Below are positions 10,597-20,713 of a stretch of 64,000 nucleotides of DNA, piece by piece. Source of the stretch: a bacterium. Its GTDB lineage: Bacteria > SAR324 > NAC60-12. Each line of letters opens with the position of its first letter. Position 1 is the stretch's first letter. The stretch covers positions 64,001-128,000 of the forward strand of contig CBDDTI010000746.1 in the NCBI GenBank assembly GCA_965233585.1. The letters run 5' to 3'. The translations under genes were made by a program, and so were the position numbers. A model generated the notes under the pieces. That model was not told the DNA's origin. It ran no database searches and saw only the letters and a program-made list of their open reading frames with translations.

Positions 10597-11109
10597 TTAA
10601 CCCAGCACTTTGAGAAATCCAATAATAAAAATGGTGGAAGACAAGGTCAAACCCAAAGACCAGAACATAAAACGGTCCATTCTGGCATTGACCATCTCAA
10701 ATCCTTTTTTCATATCCTCACGGAGTTCCTTATTTTCTCTTTGCATGTCCTCACGGAGTTCCTTATTTTCTCTTTTCATATCTTCACGGAGTTCTTTCAT
10801 GTCTCTTTGCATGTCCTCACGCAAATCTTTCATATCTCTTTGCATGTCCTCACGCAAGTCTTTCATATCTCTTTTCATATCCTCACGGAGTTCTTTCATA
10901 TCCTCACGGAGTTCTTTCATGTCTTCACGGAGTTCTTTCATATCCTCACGCAATTCCACGTCAAGATGATGAAAATGATTGGTTTGTGATTTGAGAATCA
11001 TAATGAGCTTGTCATCTTGAGAAAGAGGTTCTTCACCTTTTCTCAATTTATCCAACACCCGCTTGCTTTCTTCTGCAAGATACTCATCAAAAATATTACT
11101 TTCAAACAT
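10597..11109 (-). CDS. Small coiled-coil protein with C-terminal TM helix (longest array copy)
   Basis: Paralog, 170 aa, expanded 7- and 11-residue repeats. Confidence 0.85.
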   Translation of the reverse strand: MFESNIFDEYLAEESKRVLDKLRKGEEPLSQDDKLIMILKSQTNHFHHLDVELREDMKELREDMKELREDMKELREDMKRDMKDLREDMQRDMKDLREDMQRDMKELREDMKRENKELREDMQRENKELREDMKKGFEMVNARMDRFMFWSLGLTLSSTIFIIGFLKVLG

Positions 11110-11210
11110 GGCTTTTCTACTGCAGGATCCGAATCATAGTTTTATTGAAGAAACTTTAAATTTGTAAAAGAAGTCTCTTGTGTCTAAAGTATCAATCATC
11201 AAAAGGGGTG

Positions 11211-11738
11211 TCAAATTTGAAGTTTTTTGTTTTCCAAATAGGCTTGCACTTGCTGTAATAAAATCATTTCCAGAGCAAGAATTATGGGAACAAAGGAATC
11301 AAGAGTTAAGGAAATACCAAACATGCCCAACTGCGACCCGCGATACATCGGGTCTTTGAGATATTGAAAAATGCCAGAATTGACCCAATCAGGCTCTGGT
11401 TTGACGAACAACCTCACTTTCATCACACGTCTCCAGCCAAGCTCACACCATGAAAGCCACATAAGACTAGCCCCACAACAGACCACAATCACCCCAATAC
11501 CCTGCAAAATCAAAGAATGATGCCACGCAACATGCTCCATTCTGACCAAAAGCCAAAGCAATAGCATTCCGACAACAATCCAAACACTGCCTAGTTGGAC
11601 GGCTGAAATGATGAATCCATGTTTTTGGAAAAGTCTTGAGTACACCTTCCAGCGAAGTTGAAAAAAGTAGGTGGTGATTTCGTGAATGATTCCAAATGCA
11701 ACCAATGCCATTGTTAAGGCGAGGTCTTGGAAGTTCAA
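11211..11738 (-). CDS. Membrane methyltransferase (PEMT/ICMT family)
   Basis: Multiple TM segments; SGIFQYLKDPMYRG resembles the G.y...rhPMY.G motif. Confidence 0.75.
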   Translation of the reverse strand: MNFQDLALTMALVAFGIIHEITTYFFQLRWKVYSRLFQKHGFIISAVQLGSVWIVVGMLLLWLLVRMEHVAWHHSLILQGIGVIVVCCGASLMWLSWCELGWRRVMKVRLFVKPEPDWVNSGIFQYLKDPMYRGSQLGMFGISLTLDSFVPIILALEMILLQQVQAYLENKKLQI

Positions 11739-12325
11739 AATCTCACTCCAATTCCTGCACCTAGTTCAGCACCATTGCCATTCAATGTTTGATTTGGTGC
11801 ATTTTGAGCTTCAAAAACAAACTGCTGTCTTCTGACTCCTGCACTTACAAAATAATGTGCAAGCCTCTCCAGAGCAATAAAATAGCCTTCCACCCCAAAA
11901 TGCACACCGTAGCCAAACGATTCTTGCATAGAACCGTGATCTTTCAGTCTGGTCAGTTCCATATCAGCAACGTTTAAATCAAAGCCTATAAATTGCTGTA
12001 AGATGCGTTCATGCCTGATGACCACATATTCTAAACCTGTTTGATAAACTGACATTTGATAATCATCAGTGGCATAATGTTTCAAAGACAGGGTGTGTCT
12101 CCACTTCAAAGAATCGGTGTTTCTTGTCAAAAGGGTCAATCCTGCCCCAAGTGTTCCATTGATTTTAAAGTTCACTTCTGCTCCCCCTTCATCTTCTTGA
12201 TAAGTAAATTGATCTGAGAAGGAGTAGTAAGAAGTACCAGAACGTACATGTTCAGATTGAATGGTTTGACTGGACATATTGGCAAACCAGACTGCAGCCG
12301 CACTAAGTAGCCATAGTTTTATCAT
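11735..12325 (-). CDS. Exported protein, probable outer-membrane beta-barrel
   Basis: Signal peptide; alternating beta-strand pattern; C-terminal GIGVRF. Confidence 0.6.
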   Translation of the reverse strand: MIKLWLLSAAAVWFANMSSQTIQSEHVRSGTSYYSFSDQFTYQEDEGGAEVNFKINGTLGAGLTLLTRNTDSLKWRHTLSLKHYATDDYQMSVYQTGLEYVVIRHERILQQFIGFDLNVADMELTRLKDHGSMQESFGYGVHFGVEGYFIALERLAHYFVSAGVRRQQFVFEAQNAPNQTLNGNGAELGAGIGVRF

Positions 12326-12406
12326 GCAACCTTTTCAAAGCTTGTTCAAAATTTTGTAGGCAGTATCATTTGGACAACGTCAAAGGAAAACCTTAACAAA
12401 ACAAAA

Positions 12407-13384
12407 TTGATGACGACATCACGACTTGATTTTTGCGACCAAGCACTTCAACCTATCCAACACTTAGTGGATTGGGATAGATTGCAAAACGTCAGACAAA
12501 AAGCAAACAAGAGTTTACAATCTGCAAAAGTGCAAGACCTGACTGAAGCCGTCATTTCTTTTCCCAAAGTGAAAGCCTATCATAGCAAATTCCAAGACGT
12601 TGTTGAAATTGGAGAAAAACACGAGTTAAATGACAACCAGCAGAAAGATTTATTAGCAATTCTCAAACGGCTTTGTCCTTGGAGGAAAGGACCCTTTTCG
12701 GTTTTTGGAGAATTGATTGATTCAGAATGGAAAAGCCACCATAAATGGAGACGACTCAAAGACGATTTACCTGATTTACACCAAAAACGTATTTTAGATA
12801 TTGGAAGCAACAACGGTTATTATCTTTTCCGCATGGCACAAGAAAAACCTCAGCTGGCTCTTGGTCTTGAACCCAATCTACGTTATTGGCTGGCATTTCA
12901 GCTCTTACATTCTTTTGTAGAACACTTGCCATTGCAGACAGAATTGATGGGCTGGCAAGAGTTGTTGATTTTCCCAAAATGCTTTGATGTGATTTTTTGC
13001 ATGGGAATCTTGTATCACCACAGCGACCCAATCTGCCTTCTCAGAACCATTCATTCCTGCCTTGCTGAAGGTGGCACTTTGATCGTTGAAACAGCAGGAA
13101 TTGAAGGACAAGACCCCGTTGCTTTGTTCCCAGAAAAATATTATGCAGGCATGTCCTCTTGGTTCTACCCTACCGCATCATGCCTTAAACATTGGATTCA
13201 ACGGGCTGGTTTTAAAAAGGTTGAAGTCTTTGACCAAATCCAACTCACGACAAGAGAGCAACGTTCTACCCAATGGGCAAAAGGCAAAAGCCTTGCCGAT
13301 TCCTTAATGCCCAACAATCACCGTTTAACCATTGAAGGCTACCTTGCACCGATGAGATTTTGTGCCAAAGCACAAAAAAATTAG
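12407..13384 (+). CDS. cmoB: tRNA U34 carboxymethyltransferase CmoB
   Basis: PWRKGPF, IDSEWKS..KW, ILDIGSNNGYY, FCMGILYH, TIEGYLAP. Confidence 0.93.
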   Translation: MMTTSRLDFCDQALQPIQHLVDWDRLQNVRQKANKSLQSAKVQDLTEAVISFPKVKAYHSKFQDVVEIGEKHELNDNQQKDLLAILKRLCPWRKGPFSVFGELIDSEWKSHHKWRRLKDDLPDLHQKRILDIGSNNGYYLFRMAQEKPQLALGLEPNLRYWLAFQLLHSFVEHLPLQTELMGWQELLIFPKCFDVIFCMGILYHHSDPICLLRTIHSCLAEGGTLIVETAGIEGQDPVALFPEKYYAGMSSWFYPTASCLKHWIQRAGFKKVEVFDQIQLTTREQRSTQWAKGKSLADSLMPNNHRLTIEGYLAPMRFCAKAQKN

Positions 13385-13875
13385 CCTGTGGCTCGTTGAC
13401 TTTGCTGCGCATGGTCTTGTGCGATGTTTTCTTCTTGAGGCACTTGCAAGTTTTCTCCAAACAAAGGTTGCCTTGTAGAGTAACTTTCATCAGACAGCAC
13501 CACCTGCGCCCCACAGCGATTTTTGTGATTGACCAAAATGGGACCACGTAGATTCATCGTGACGTCTTGGATATTTTGGCTCATCGTCAAAATGACCAAA
13601 ATAGAAAGGTCATTTGCATCATCTGCCCTCAAACGTTTCAGACTTTCGGGGGACACTGACACCTCATAATTTTTCAATGCGACATAAGGGTCAATCACCA
13701 CGAATGCTAATGACTCTTGTGTTAAGGATTGTAACCACTGGAAAGGCTGATACGAATCGTCATCTAACACAGCATAGATTCTCTCATCAGGGAATCCCAG
13801 TAGTCCATTTTCCATAGTAATAATTTGGTCTTCCCTGACTTCCAAAGAGCCAAATCGTGATGTTTTTACAATCAT
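13381..13875 (-). CDS. fliW: Flagellar assembly factor FliW
   Basis: TSRFG, GLLGF, FQWLQS, TMNLRGPILVN; adjacent to csrA. Confidence 0.95.
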   Translation of the reverse strand: MIVKTSRFGSLEVREDQIITMENGLLGFPDERIYAVLDDDSYQPFQWLQSLTQESLAFVVIDPYVALKNYEVSVSPESLKRLRADDANDLSILVILTMSQNIQDVTMNLRGPILVNHKNRCGAQVVLSDESYSTRQPLFGENLQVPQEENIAQDHAQQSQRATG

Positions 13876-13888
13876 AACTATCCTTTAT

Positions 13889-14125
13889 TTAATTAGACAA
13901 ATGATTAAAGAAGTGAATAAAACTTTTGAGCGAACGTGGGGTATGATTGGCGGCATGATGATTTTGCACCTGCACCTTTTCATAAAGTTCTTCACGGTGA
14001 ACAGAATATTTAGACGGGGCTTCAATCCCCAAACGCACTTGCTTCCCTTTGATTTCTAACACACAAATTTTGACATTGTCCCCTATGACAATACATTGTC
14101 CTAACTTTCTGGATAAAATTAACAT
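13889..14125 (-). CDS. csrA: Carbon storage regulator CsrA
   Basis: MLILSRKLGQ.IVIGD, VRLGIEAP...VHREE. Confidence 0.97.
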   Translation of the reverse strand: MLILSRKLGQCIVIGDNVKICVLEIKGKQVRLGIEAPSKYSVHREELYEKVQVQNHHAANHTPRSLKSFIHFFNHLSN

Positions 14126-14146
14126 CTTTTTTTCAACCTCCTGTTG

Positions 14147-14861
14147 TTAGAAAATTTTCATTTTTTCAAAATCATTTACCAATACATTAATTGCTTTTTG
14201 AATACTTCCTTTTTCCAATGACTTGAAATAATTGGGTTTATGAATTGGTTTATCAACATGCCTTTCTCCTTCCAAAAAAGTCACAATTTTTAAATCTATT
14301 TCTGGAAAATACGACATCAATGTATGTGTAGAATAGCTGCCAAATATTTTTGTTTTGAATTGAGAGTAATCTCCACCAAGCTGGCTTTCTAATTGAAATA
14401 AATAACATATATAGATTGGGAAAAAGAGATCTCAACAAACTAAAATCTACTAAAATTCTTTTGATCATAGCATTTTCAGTATATGCTTTGCATTCTATAG
14501 CCATAACCAATTCTTTATCTATAAATATTTGTTTATCTACACTTATACCAAAATAGTACTGATTTATATTTGAGAGAATATACTTTTTAATCTCTTCATC
14601 TTGAATTTTATCAATATAATTTCTCTCTATTGGAATTTTTTGTTTTTTAGAATTGATTTCAATACGAGAAAAATCACCTCCGACTACTTCCCATGCAATC
14701 TTTACAATTTCTTCTGTAAGATATTCTTGCAACTTACCTTTAACACTTCTAATCATCCCACCATAAGAACGATTACTTTCTCTTGCATCTTTATCGACCA
14801 CTTTGACAACAGTATTATACTCTTCTATCAAATGATTAATTCTTTGTTTCAAATTCTTCAT
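14147..14861 (-). pseudogene. Putative type II restriction endonuclease with +1 frameshift
   Basis: VDKQ...IECK PD-(D/E)XK-type motif; after FPNL (~14410) a shifted frame reads CYLFQLESQLGGDYS...KMKIF* to stop 14147; total span 715 nt (3n+1); overlaps the MTase gene. Confidence 0.7.
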
Positions 14862-16050
14862 TAAAAAGTCTCATTTGTTTGGATTGCTCTTTGATTCTTT
14901 CTTTTGCTTTTTCGCAATAGTCTTCTGAAACATCAATGCCGATGTAGTTTCTATCTAACTGATTTGCCACAGCAGTCGTTGTTCCAACCCCATTAAAGGG
15001 ATCTAAGATGACATCATTTTGATAGCTAAAAAGTTTTAAAATCCGTTCTACTAATTCTTCAGGAAACATGGCAGGGTGTCCATAGTCTTTCATCTTTCTT
15101 TCAGGGGCAATAGACCACTTTGCCACAACCCATTTTTTAAACTCTTCTGCACTGATTGTCATATCATCTCTATTGCCTGACTTCTTTAAATCTCCTTTGC
15201 AAAAAATTTCTATAAACTCCCATGTATATTTTAAGTAAGGGTTACTTGGGCTTTTCCAACTTCCCCATGCCGTATATTTGCAATTATAATTATTTTTCTC
15301 CCACAAAATTTCACCTTTCCAAATGAGTTTTTGCTGAATAAAAAAGTTGCTAATGATATGATGAGACGGAATGTAGTCAGAAAACAAGGGTTGGACATTG
15401 ACAATCATTCTTCCACCATACTTCAAAATCCTGATACATTCTTGGAACACAGAAAACAATTTTTTAAAATAATCTTCCCAATAAAAGTCATCTTCATTCT
15501 TTTCATAATCCAAACCAAAGTTATACGGGGGTGAGGTCAAAATCAAATCAACAGAATTATCAGGTATTTTTTTTAATAATATCTCACTGTCTCCTTGTAT
15601 AATCTGATTGATAAGATGGTCATCTATTTTTTGATTTTCAGTTTGAAAATGATGATTTGCTGCATAGTAATACTTTTTCCTATTGGCTGCTTTTTCTTTT
15701 CTATTTTTAACTTTCCTTTCTTGATTATAATCTACATAGTTTCGTTTTTTTCCATTGATTCCATAGCTTTTAACTGAATCTATTTTTTCTAAAATTTCTA
15801 TAAAGATCGGTTGTTGAGTGGATTTTGAAAGCTGTTTTGTGATATTTTCTAATTCATTAAAATCTAATTCTCTCAATAAAATTGTGAGGACTTGCCCATT
15901 TAACTCCAGTTGGACTTCACTAACCGCAAAGGATTGATTGAATTGAGCAATCGCATTTGGATCTAATTGATGAGAGCAGTGGATTTTAATTTTTTTATAA
16001 ATGGTTTCTTCTGATTCTTCCACTGCTTCGCTGGTTTTCATTGCTTCCAT
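14836..16050 (-). CDS. Site-specific DNA methyltransferase (N4-C/N6-A, beta class)
   Basis: DLILTSPPYN, HPAMFPEEL, VILDPFNGVGTT. Confidence 0.93.
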   Translation of the reverse strand: MEAMKTSEAVEESEETIYKKIKIHCSHQLDPNAIAQFNQSFAVSEVQLELNGQVLTILLRELDFNELENITKQLSKSTQQPIFIEILEKIDSVKSYGINGKKRNYVDYNQERKVKNRKEKAANRKKYYYAANHHFQTENQKIDDHLINQIIQGDSEILLKKIPDNSVDLILTSPPYNFGLDYEKNEDDFYWEDYFKKLFSVFQECIRILKYGGRMIVNVQPLFSDYIPSHHIISNFFIQQKLIWKGEILWEKNNYNCKYTAWGSWKSPSNPYLKYTWEFIEIFCKGDLKKSGNRDDMTISAEEFKKWVVAKWSIAPERKMKDYGHPAMFPEELVERILKLFSYQNDVILDPFNGVGTTTAVANQLDRNYIGIDVSEDYCEKAKERIKEQSKQMRLFNEEFETKN

Positions 16051-16057
16051 CTCAAAA

Positions 16058-17362
16058 TTACCTTAAAAAATCCAATAATGAGGGTTGCAACAGACGTTTC
16101 CCTGCATTCAAAGAGGCTTGCCGATTGGTCTCAACCGAGTTCATTTCTACAAGGGTTGTTGGCATGTGAATGTCTTGGATTTCAGCTTTTCTGGTTTGAT
16201 AGGAAAACTCTTGTTCTCCTATTTTCTTTTTAGAATCCTGCAATGCAATCATGGTGTTGCCCACTTGTGCAATGAGGTCTAGCACCTGATTTCGTGCATG
16301 GTCAATGTCCCGCAAACGGTCTGCAATGGCATCACGGTCATCTAACTCCAAAGACTTCTGCAACGCCTCCATCACATCAAACATGTTGACGCTTTCGTCC
16401 CCCTGCTGAAAAAAAATTTCTTCAGCCGTGATGCTTAAAGGTACTGTCGTATTAGAATTAAGCAAGACTTCTTTTTTATATTCTGACCCTTGATAAGAGA
16501 CTTTAGGATTTGGAATGAATGAAAATTCCAATCCTTGTGGAAAATAAACTCCTTTCTCATCATTAGAAAAATCAAAAAAACCTGCTGAATCTATGCCAAG
16601 TAAATCAGAAATCAAACCTTGGTCATCAGTAAATTTCAAAAGAACCTGATCGCTGGGCTTCCCTCTTAAATTAACTACTTGAACCACAGGAAGCAATGCC
16701 TCTTCGCGAGACCACGTGAGACCTCCGTCATCAGAAACTTGGTAACGTGCATTCCCAAACGCCCCTGCTCTTGAAATTTTGACACGATATTCATTGGTAG
16801 AATGCCCTTCAAACCTTGCACGAATTTGATCCACTTCCAAAAACTCTGCAAGCTCTTTGACTTCTTCTAACTGATTATCGTCAACTTTTGACCAAACTTT
16901 AGCTTCCTGTATAGGATTATGTTTTTCCAAAGGCTGTGTCAGCGTCTTTGTCCCTGAAAATAAATAAAGTTTTCCCAGCTTGCTGTTGCCTGCATCAAAC
17001 AACGCTTGTTGAATCGCTTTTAATTCACCCGCTACAACTGCACGGCTTTCCTCTGTTGCTGTGTCATTCATTTGTCCAAGCATCAATGTTCTTACGCGGT
17101 CTAGCAAATCTGCAATGTGATTCAATTCCACAGAATTATTTTCAAGCCAATTAAGGTTGCTATCGGTGTTTTTCTGAATCTGATTGCCTCTGGACATGGA
17201 GGTTGTGATGTCCAGAATAATTGTTGACCCAATAGGATTGTCAGACAGCCTGTTGATTTGCTTCCCACTTGCCAGCTCTTGCTGGATTTGCTTCATCTGC
17301 TTCTCATTCTTTTGAATGTTTGTAACAACTTGTTGATGCTTAGAAGGTTCTGTAACTCGCAT
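16058..17362 (-). CDS. flgL: Flagellar hook-associated protein FlgL
   Basis: MRVT, ASGKQINRLSDNP, YLFSGTKT, LQPSLLDFLR; follows flgK. Confidence 0.93.
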   Translation of the reverse strand: MRVTEPSKHQQVVTNIQKNEKQMKQIQQELASGKQINRLSDNPIGSTIILDITTSMSRGNQIQKNTDSNLNWLENNSVELNHIADLLDRVRTLMLGQMNDTATEESRAVVAGELKAIQQALFDAGNSKLGKLYLFSGTKTLTQPLEKHNPIQEAKVWSKVDDNQLEEVKELAEFLEVDQIRARFEGHSTNEYRVKISRAGAFGNARYQVSDDGGLTWSREEALLPVVQVVNLRGKPSDQVLLKFTDDQGLISDLLGIDSAGFFDFSNDEKGVYFPQGLEFSFIPNPKVSYQGSEYKKEVLLNSNTTVPLSITAEEIFFQQGDESVNMFDVMEALQKSLELDDRDAIADRLRDIDHARNQVLDLIAQVGNTMIALQDSKKKIGEQEFSYQTRKAEIQDIHMPTTLVEMNSVETNRQASLNAGKRLLQPSLLDFLR

Positions 17363-17367
17363 ATTTT

Positions 17368-19089
17368 TTACATCTGGATGACAGTTTCCATCATTTGATC
17401 GGTGGTTGTGACAAACTTGGCTGACGCTTCATACGCCTTTTGATAGCGCACAAGGTCTGCCACTTCTTCGTCCATATTGACAGCACTCATGGCATTCCTA
17501 ATGTCTTTAAATTGAGCCATCAGATGGTCTTGATGGTTTTTTTCGGTGTCGTTTCTTTGAATCCGCAAGCCCACGTCTGTTAAGATGCCATTGTAATATT
17601 CATCAAAGGTCATCGTGTTTTCTTGCATGGTTGGTGCAATTTGGAGCTTGGCGATATTTAATGCCACTCTGTTATCACCGGGTTCAAGGTTGCGTCCTGT
17701 TGAAATGTAATTGGGGTCATCAAGAATCTGTTGACTGACAGAGATGTCGGACGCTCCTTTGAGGGTTTTAAAAAACGAATTGAGTCCCATCATCGCCAAC
17801 AAGCCGCTGGAATCTTCTCCAAGAATGAATCGCTTGCCTTGCTTTGCCTCTAAAACCAACGACCCATCATCTTGGATAGATGCCACGATAGAAGGAGGTT
17901 TTGCTCCGTATTCTTCATTTTCAGGGCGTGGAGGATTGGCGGCTTCATTCAATCTTGAAACAATGTCAACAAGTCGGTCAGCACCTGCATTCACCCTGAT
18001 TTGATAGGTCTCTTGAATGTTATTTTCCTCATCAAGCACCTGCACGTTAAACTCACCATCTTTAAGAAAAGGGAGCGGTTTAGTTTGCGCTTCTGCATTC
18101 AAGCCAAAATCACTTTTGATGGTTTCAAAACTAGAATTTAGTCCTGTTCCCGTGGCATGTTCGGTATTGATTTGGTAAGCCAAATTGTATGCAATGTCAT
18201 TAAGCTGTGTTGTGTATTGTGGAATCACTTCATCGCGAATGCTAATAGCTTCTTTCAATGCACCTGCACGGATTTCATCAGTCAAATCCTCACGATATTG
18301 GTATTTTCCCACACCCTGCACAAAATACATTCCCGTTTCGTTGCCATTCAACGAGGCATGAAGGGGCTGACTTTTGCGACCATCTACCAACGTCCACCCT
18401 GTCCGTCCCATCGCAACTTTCATCTCGCCATTCTTGTCTTCCCACCACTGCACATCTACTTTACTGGCAAGGTCTTCTAACAAACCCTGCCTTTGGTCTC
18501 TAGCATCGTTTGAGGTGCGGTGCTGATTTTCAAAAGATGAAATTTGCCGATTCAAATCTGCAATTTGTGAAGAAATAGAGTTGATTTCAGCAATCAAACC
18601 TGCCACACGTCCATTGGCTTCTGCACGGAGTGAATGCAGTTCAGAGCTAGTTTCGCGAAAGGTTTGGGCTAGTGCATCTGCCTGATCCCTCATCTGCTTG
18701 CGTGCGGCATCAGATTCAGGCTCATTACTTAAAAAAGTCCACGCATTCCAGAATTGATCCAGCCTTGTTTTTAACCCAGTAGAATCTGTTTCATTAAAAA
18801 TAACCTCCAGCTTTTGCAAAAACATCTCACGTTGTTCATACATGCCACTATTGGGATTCTCTTGCACAATCTTTTTGGAGGTAAACTGGTCAAAAACTCT
18901 TTGTGGAACACTGCGAGAGACTCCGCCACCTGTGCCGTCTGGTTGGGTAAATTGTGCTTTTGTCAGAGATTCTTGACGTGAATAGCCGGGGGTATTGATG
19001 TTGGAAATATTATGCCCTGCCGTCGCCAAGCCTCCCTGCTGGGCAAACATAGAACGTGCACCAATGTTAAGCGAGGTATTGAGGGACAT
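17368..19089 (-). CDS. flgK: Flagellar hook-associated protein FlgK
   Basis: GHNISNINTPGYSRQ, SAVNMDEE..DLVRYQKAYEASAK. Confidence 0.96.
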   Translation of the reverse strand: MSLNTSLNIGARSMFAQQGGLATAGHNISNINTPGYSRQESLTKAQFTQPDGTGGGVSRSVPQRVFDQFTSKKIVQENPNSGMYEQREMFLQKLEVIFNETDSTGLKTRLDQFWNAWTFLSNEPESDAARKQMRDQADALAQTFRETSSELHSLRAEANGRVAGLIAEINSISSQIADLNRQISSFENQHRTSNDARDQRQGLLEDLASKVDVQWWEDKNGEMKVAMGRTGWTLVDGRKSQPLHASLNGNETGMYFVQGVGKYQYREDLTDEIRAGALKEAISIRDEVIPQYTTQLNDIAYNLAYQINTEHATGTGLNSSFETIKSDFGLNAEAQTKPLPFLKDGEFNVQVLDEENNIQETYQIRVNAGADRLVDIVSRLNEAANPPRPENEEYGAKPPSIVASIQDDGSLVLEAKQGKRFILGEDSSGLLAMMGLNSFFKTLKGASDISVSQQILDDPNYISTGRNLEPGDNRVALNIAKLQIAPTMQENTMTFDEYYNGILTDVGLRIQRNDTEKNHQDHLMAQFKDIRNAMSAVNMDEEVADLVRYQKAYEASAKFVTTTDQMMETVIQM

Positions 19090-19131
19090 AATGCTGGGTT
19101 TGGATCAGATGGACTTAGCGATGTTTGAGAA

Positions 19132-19152
19132 ATACAAATATCACGCCAAATC
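19132..19152 (-). promoter_or_regulatory. Sigma-54-like -24/-12 element upstream of flgK
   Basis: GATTTGGCGTGATATTTGTAT; 18/21 identical to the element upstream of flhA. Confidence 0.6.
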
Positions 19153-19239
19153 AATCAGATGCTTCCCCCAAGTCAGCAGAATTTGACCGATTCTTCGCTA
19201 AATGAAATTTTCAAAACGATTGAATCTGAATGGAGACAG

Positions 19240-20691
19240 TCAAGATTTGTCAGAAGTAGAGCAGACTTTGGTGTGAATCAAGCCATTTTGAAGATGCAAA
19301 GTGAGTTCATCATCAGGCTTAACTTGAGCGATAGAACGGACAGTTTTGCCCCTAGAATCAAGAGGGACTGCATAGCCTCTTTGCAAAGCAGACAGCGGGC
19401 TGGCAGACTCTAGCCTTGTCGTGTATTCTCCAAATTTTGACTTGGAGTTCTTGACAAACACCTCTAGCGAACGATGGAGGCGTGCTTGTAAATTTGCAAG
19501 GTGTTCTTGCTGATGCTTAAAATCTCGTCTTGGAATGTTGGACGCCAGCCGACGGCGGAGTGAATCATGCTTGAGTTTTTTCTTCTCCAGCTCTTTTTTA
19601 AGGCAAAGGCTTGCAGATTTTGTGAGGTCATCAATCTGTTGCAGTTGGTTTTGAATCGTTTGTTCAGGGGTGCGAAGCCAACGTTTGATGCGTTCAAAAC
19701 GTTCCTGCCTTAAATCTTGTTGAGACTGAATGACATGCTTTAAACGGGATTCAAATTGCTCAATCGTATAATGAACGGCAGAAAGTTCAGGGACGATTTG
19801 CTCAATCGCCGCAGAAGGAGTTGGCGCACGAACATCGCTGACAAAATCAGAGATGGTAAAATCTACCTCATGTCCCACGGCTGAGACAATCGGAGTATCA
19901 GCAGCTGCAATAGCATAAGCTAAGGTTTCATCATTGAATGCCCATAAATCCTCAAGAGAACCGCCTCCCCTCCCAATCACAATCACATCAAGCCCCAATT
20001 CTTGAGCATGAGCATCTAAAAATTGGACGCCTTCGGTGATGGCAGGGGCGGCATGTTCTCCTTGCACAGTGGCTGGATAAAGCAGGACTGATGCCACAGG
20101 GTATCGCTTTTTAAGAACACGCAACATGTCATGCAATGCCGCTCCTTTGACAGAAGTGACCATGCCAATCCGAAAAGGGAAAGTTGGGAGTTTCTTCTTG
20201 CGTGCTGGCTCAAAAAGTCCTTCTGACCCAAGTTTACTTTTCAGCTGCTCAAAGGCAATCTGGAAGGCGCCCACCCCTTTCGGTTCTATGTGCTGGGCTT
20301 GAATTTGATACTCCCCCCTTTGTCCATAGACTGAAATCTTGCCCCTGACCGTCACTTGCAAGCCATCTTCCAAATCAAATTGAAGACGTTTCGCATAGGC
20401 AAACATGACACACCGAATTTGCGACTTGTCATCTTTTAGGCTGAAGTAGCAATGTCCATTTGCAGAGGATTTAACATTGGAAAGCTCACCTTCTACCCAA
20501 ACCTCCCCAATCTTGTTCTCAAGCAATGAGGCAATAGTTCTGGTTAACTCGGTAACACTCCATGCGGCGGGAAGTTTTTCTTGCGGGGCAGGTTTTTCTT
20601 GTCCAACTTCCGCTTGGACTTGAGGAGTTACTTGCTGGGGAACAATAGAAGTTTTTGGGTCAAACTCAAAAGGAATCAAGGTCATAAGCAA
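19240..20691 (-). CDS. xseA: Exodeoxyribonuclease VII large subunit
   Basis: VWVEGELSN, GHCYFSLKD, GRGGGSLEDLWAFN, SAVGHEVDFT, RAPTPSAA. Confidence 0.97.
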   Translation of the reverse strand: MLMTLIPFEFDPKTSIVPQQVTPQVQAEVGQEKPAPQEKLPAAWSVTELTRTIASLLENKIGEVWVEGELSNVKSSANGHCYFSLKDDKSQIRCVMFAYAKRLQFDLEDGLQVTVRGKISVYGQRGEYQIQAQHIEPKGVGAFQIAFEQLKSKLGSEGLFEPARKKKLPTFPFRIGMVTSVKGAALHDMLRVLKKRYPVASVLLYPATVQGEHAAPAITEGVQFLDAHAQELGLDVIVIGRGGGSLEDLWAFNDETLAYAIAAADTPIVSAVGHEVDFTISDFVSDVRAPTPSAAIEQIVPELSAVHYTIEQFESRLKHVIQSQQDLRQERFERIKRWLRTPEQTIQNQLQQIDDLTKSASLCLKKELEKKKLKHDSLRRRLASNIPRRDFKHQQEHLANLQARLHRSLEVFVKNSKSKFGEYTTRLESASPLSALQRGYAVPLDSRGKTVRSIAQVKPDDELTLHLQNGLIHTKVCSTSDKS

Positions 20692-20713
20692 TCAGAGCCA
20701 CCAGAAAGCAGGG

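Noticed and set aside
8944..10989. Plus-strand ORFs over the coiled-coil array (and likewise over 24.5-29.4 kb)
   Set aside because: Antisense shadows of repetitive coding sequence
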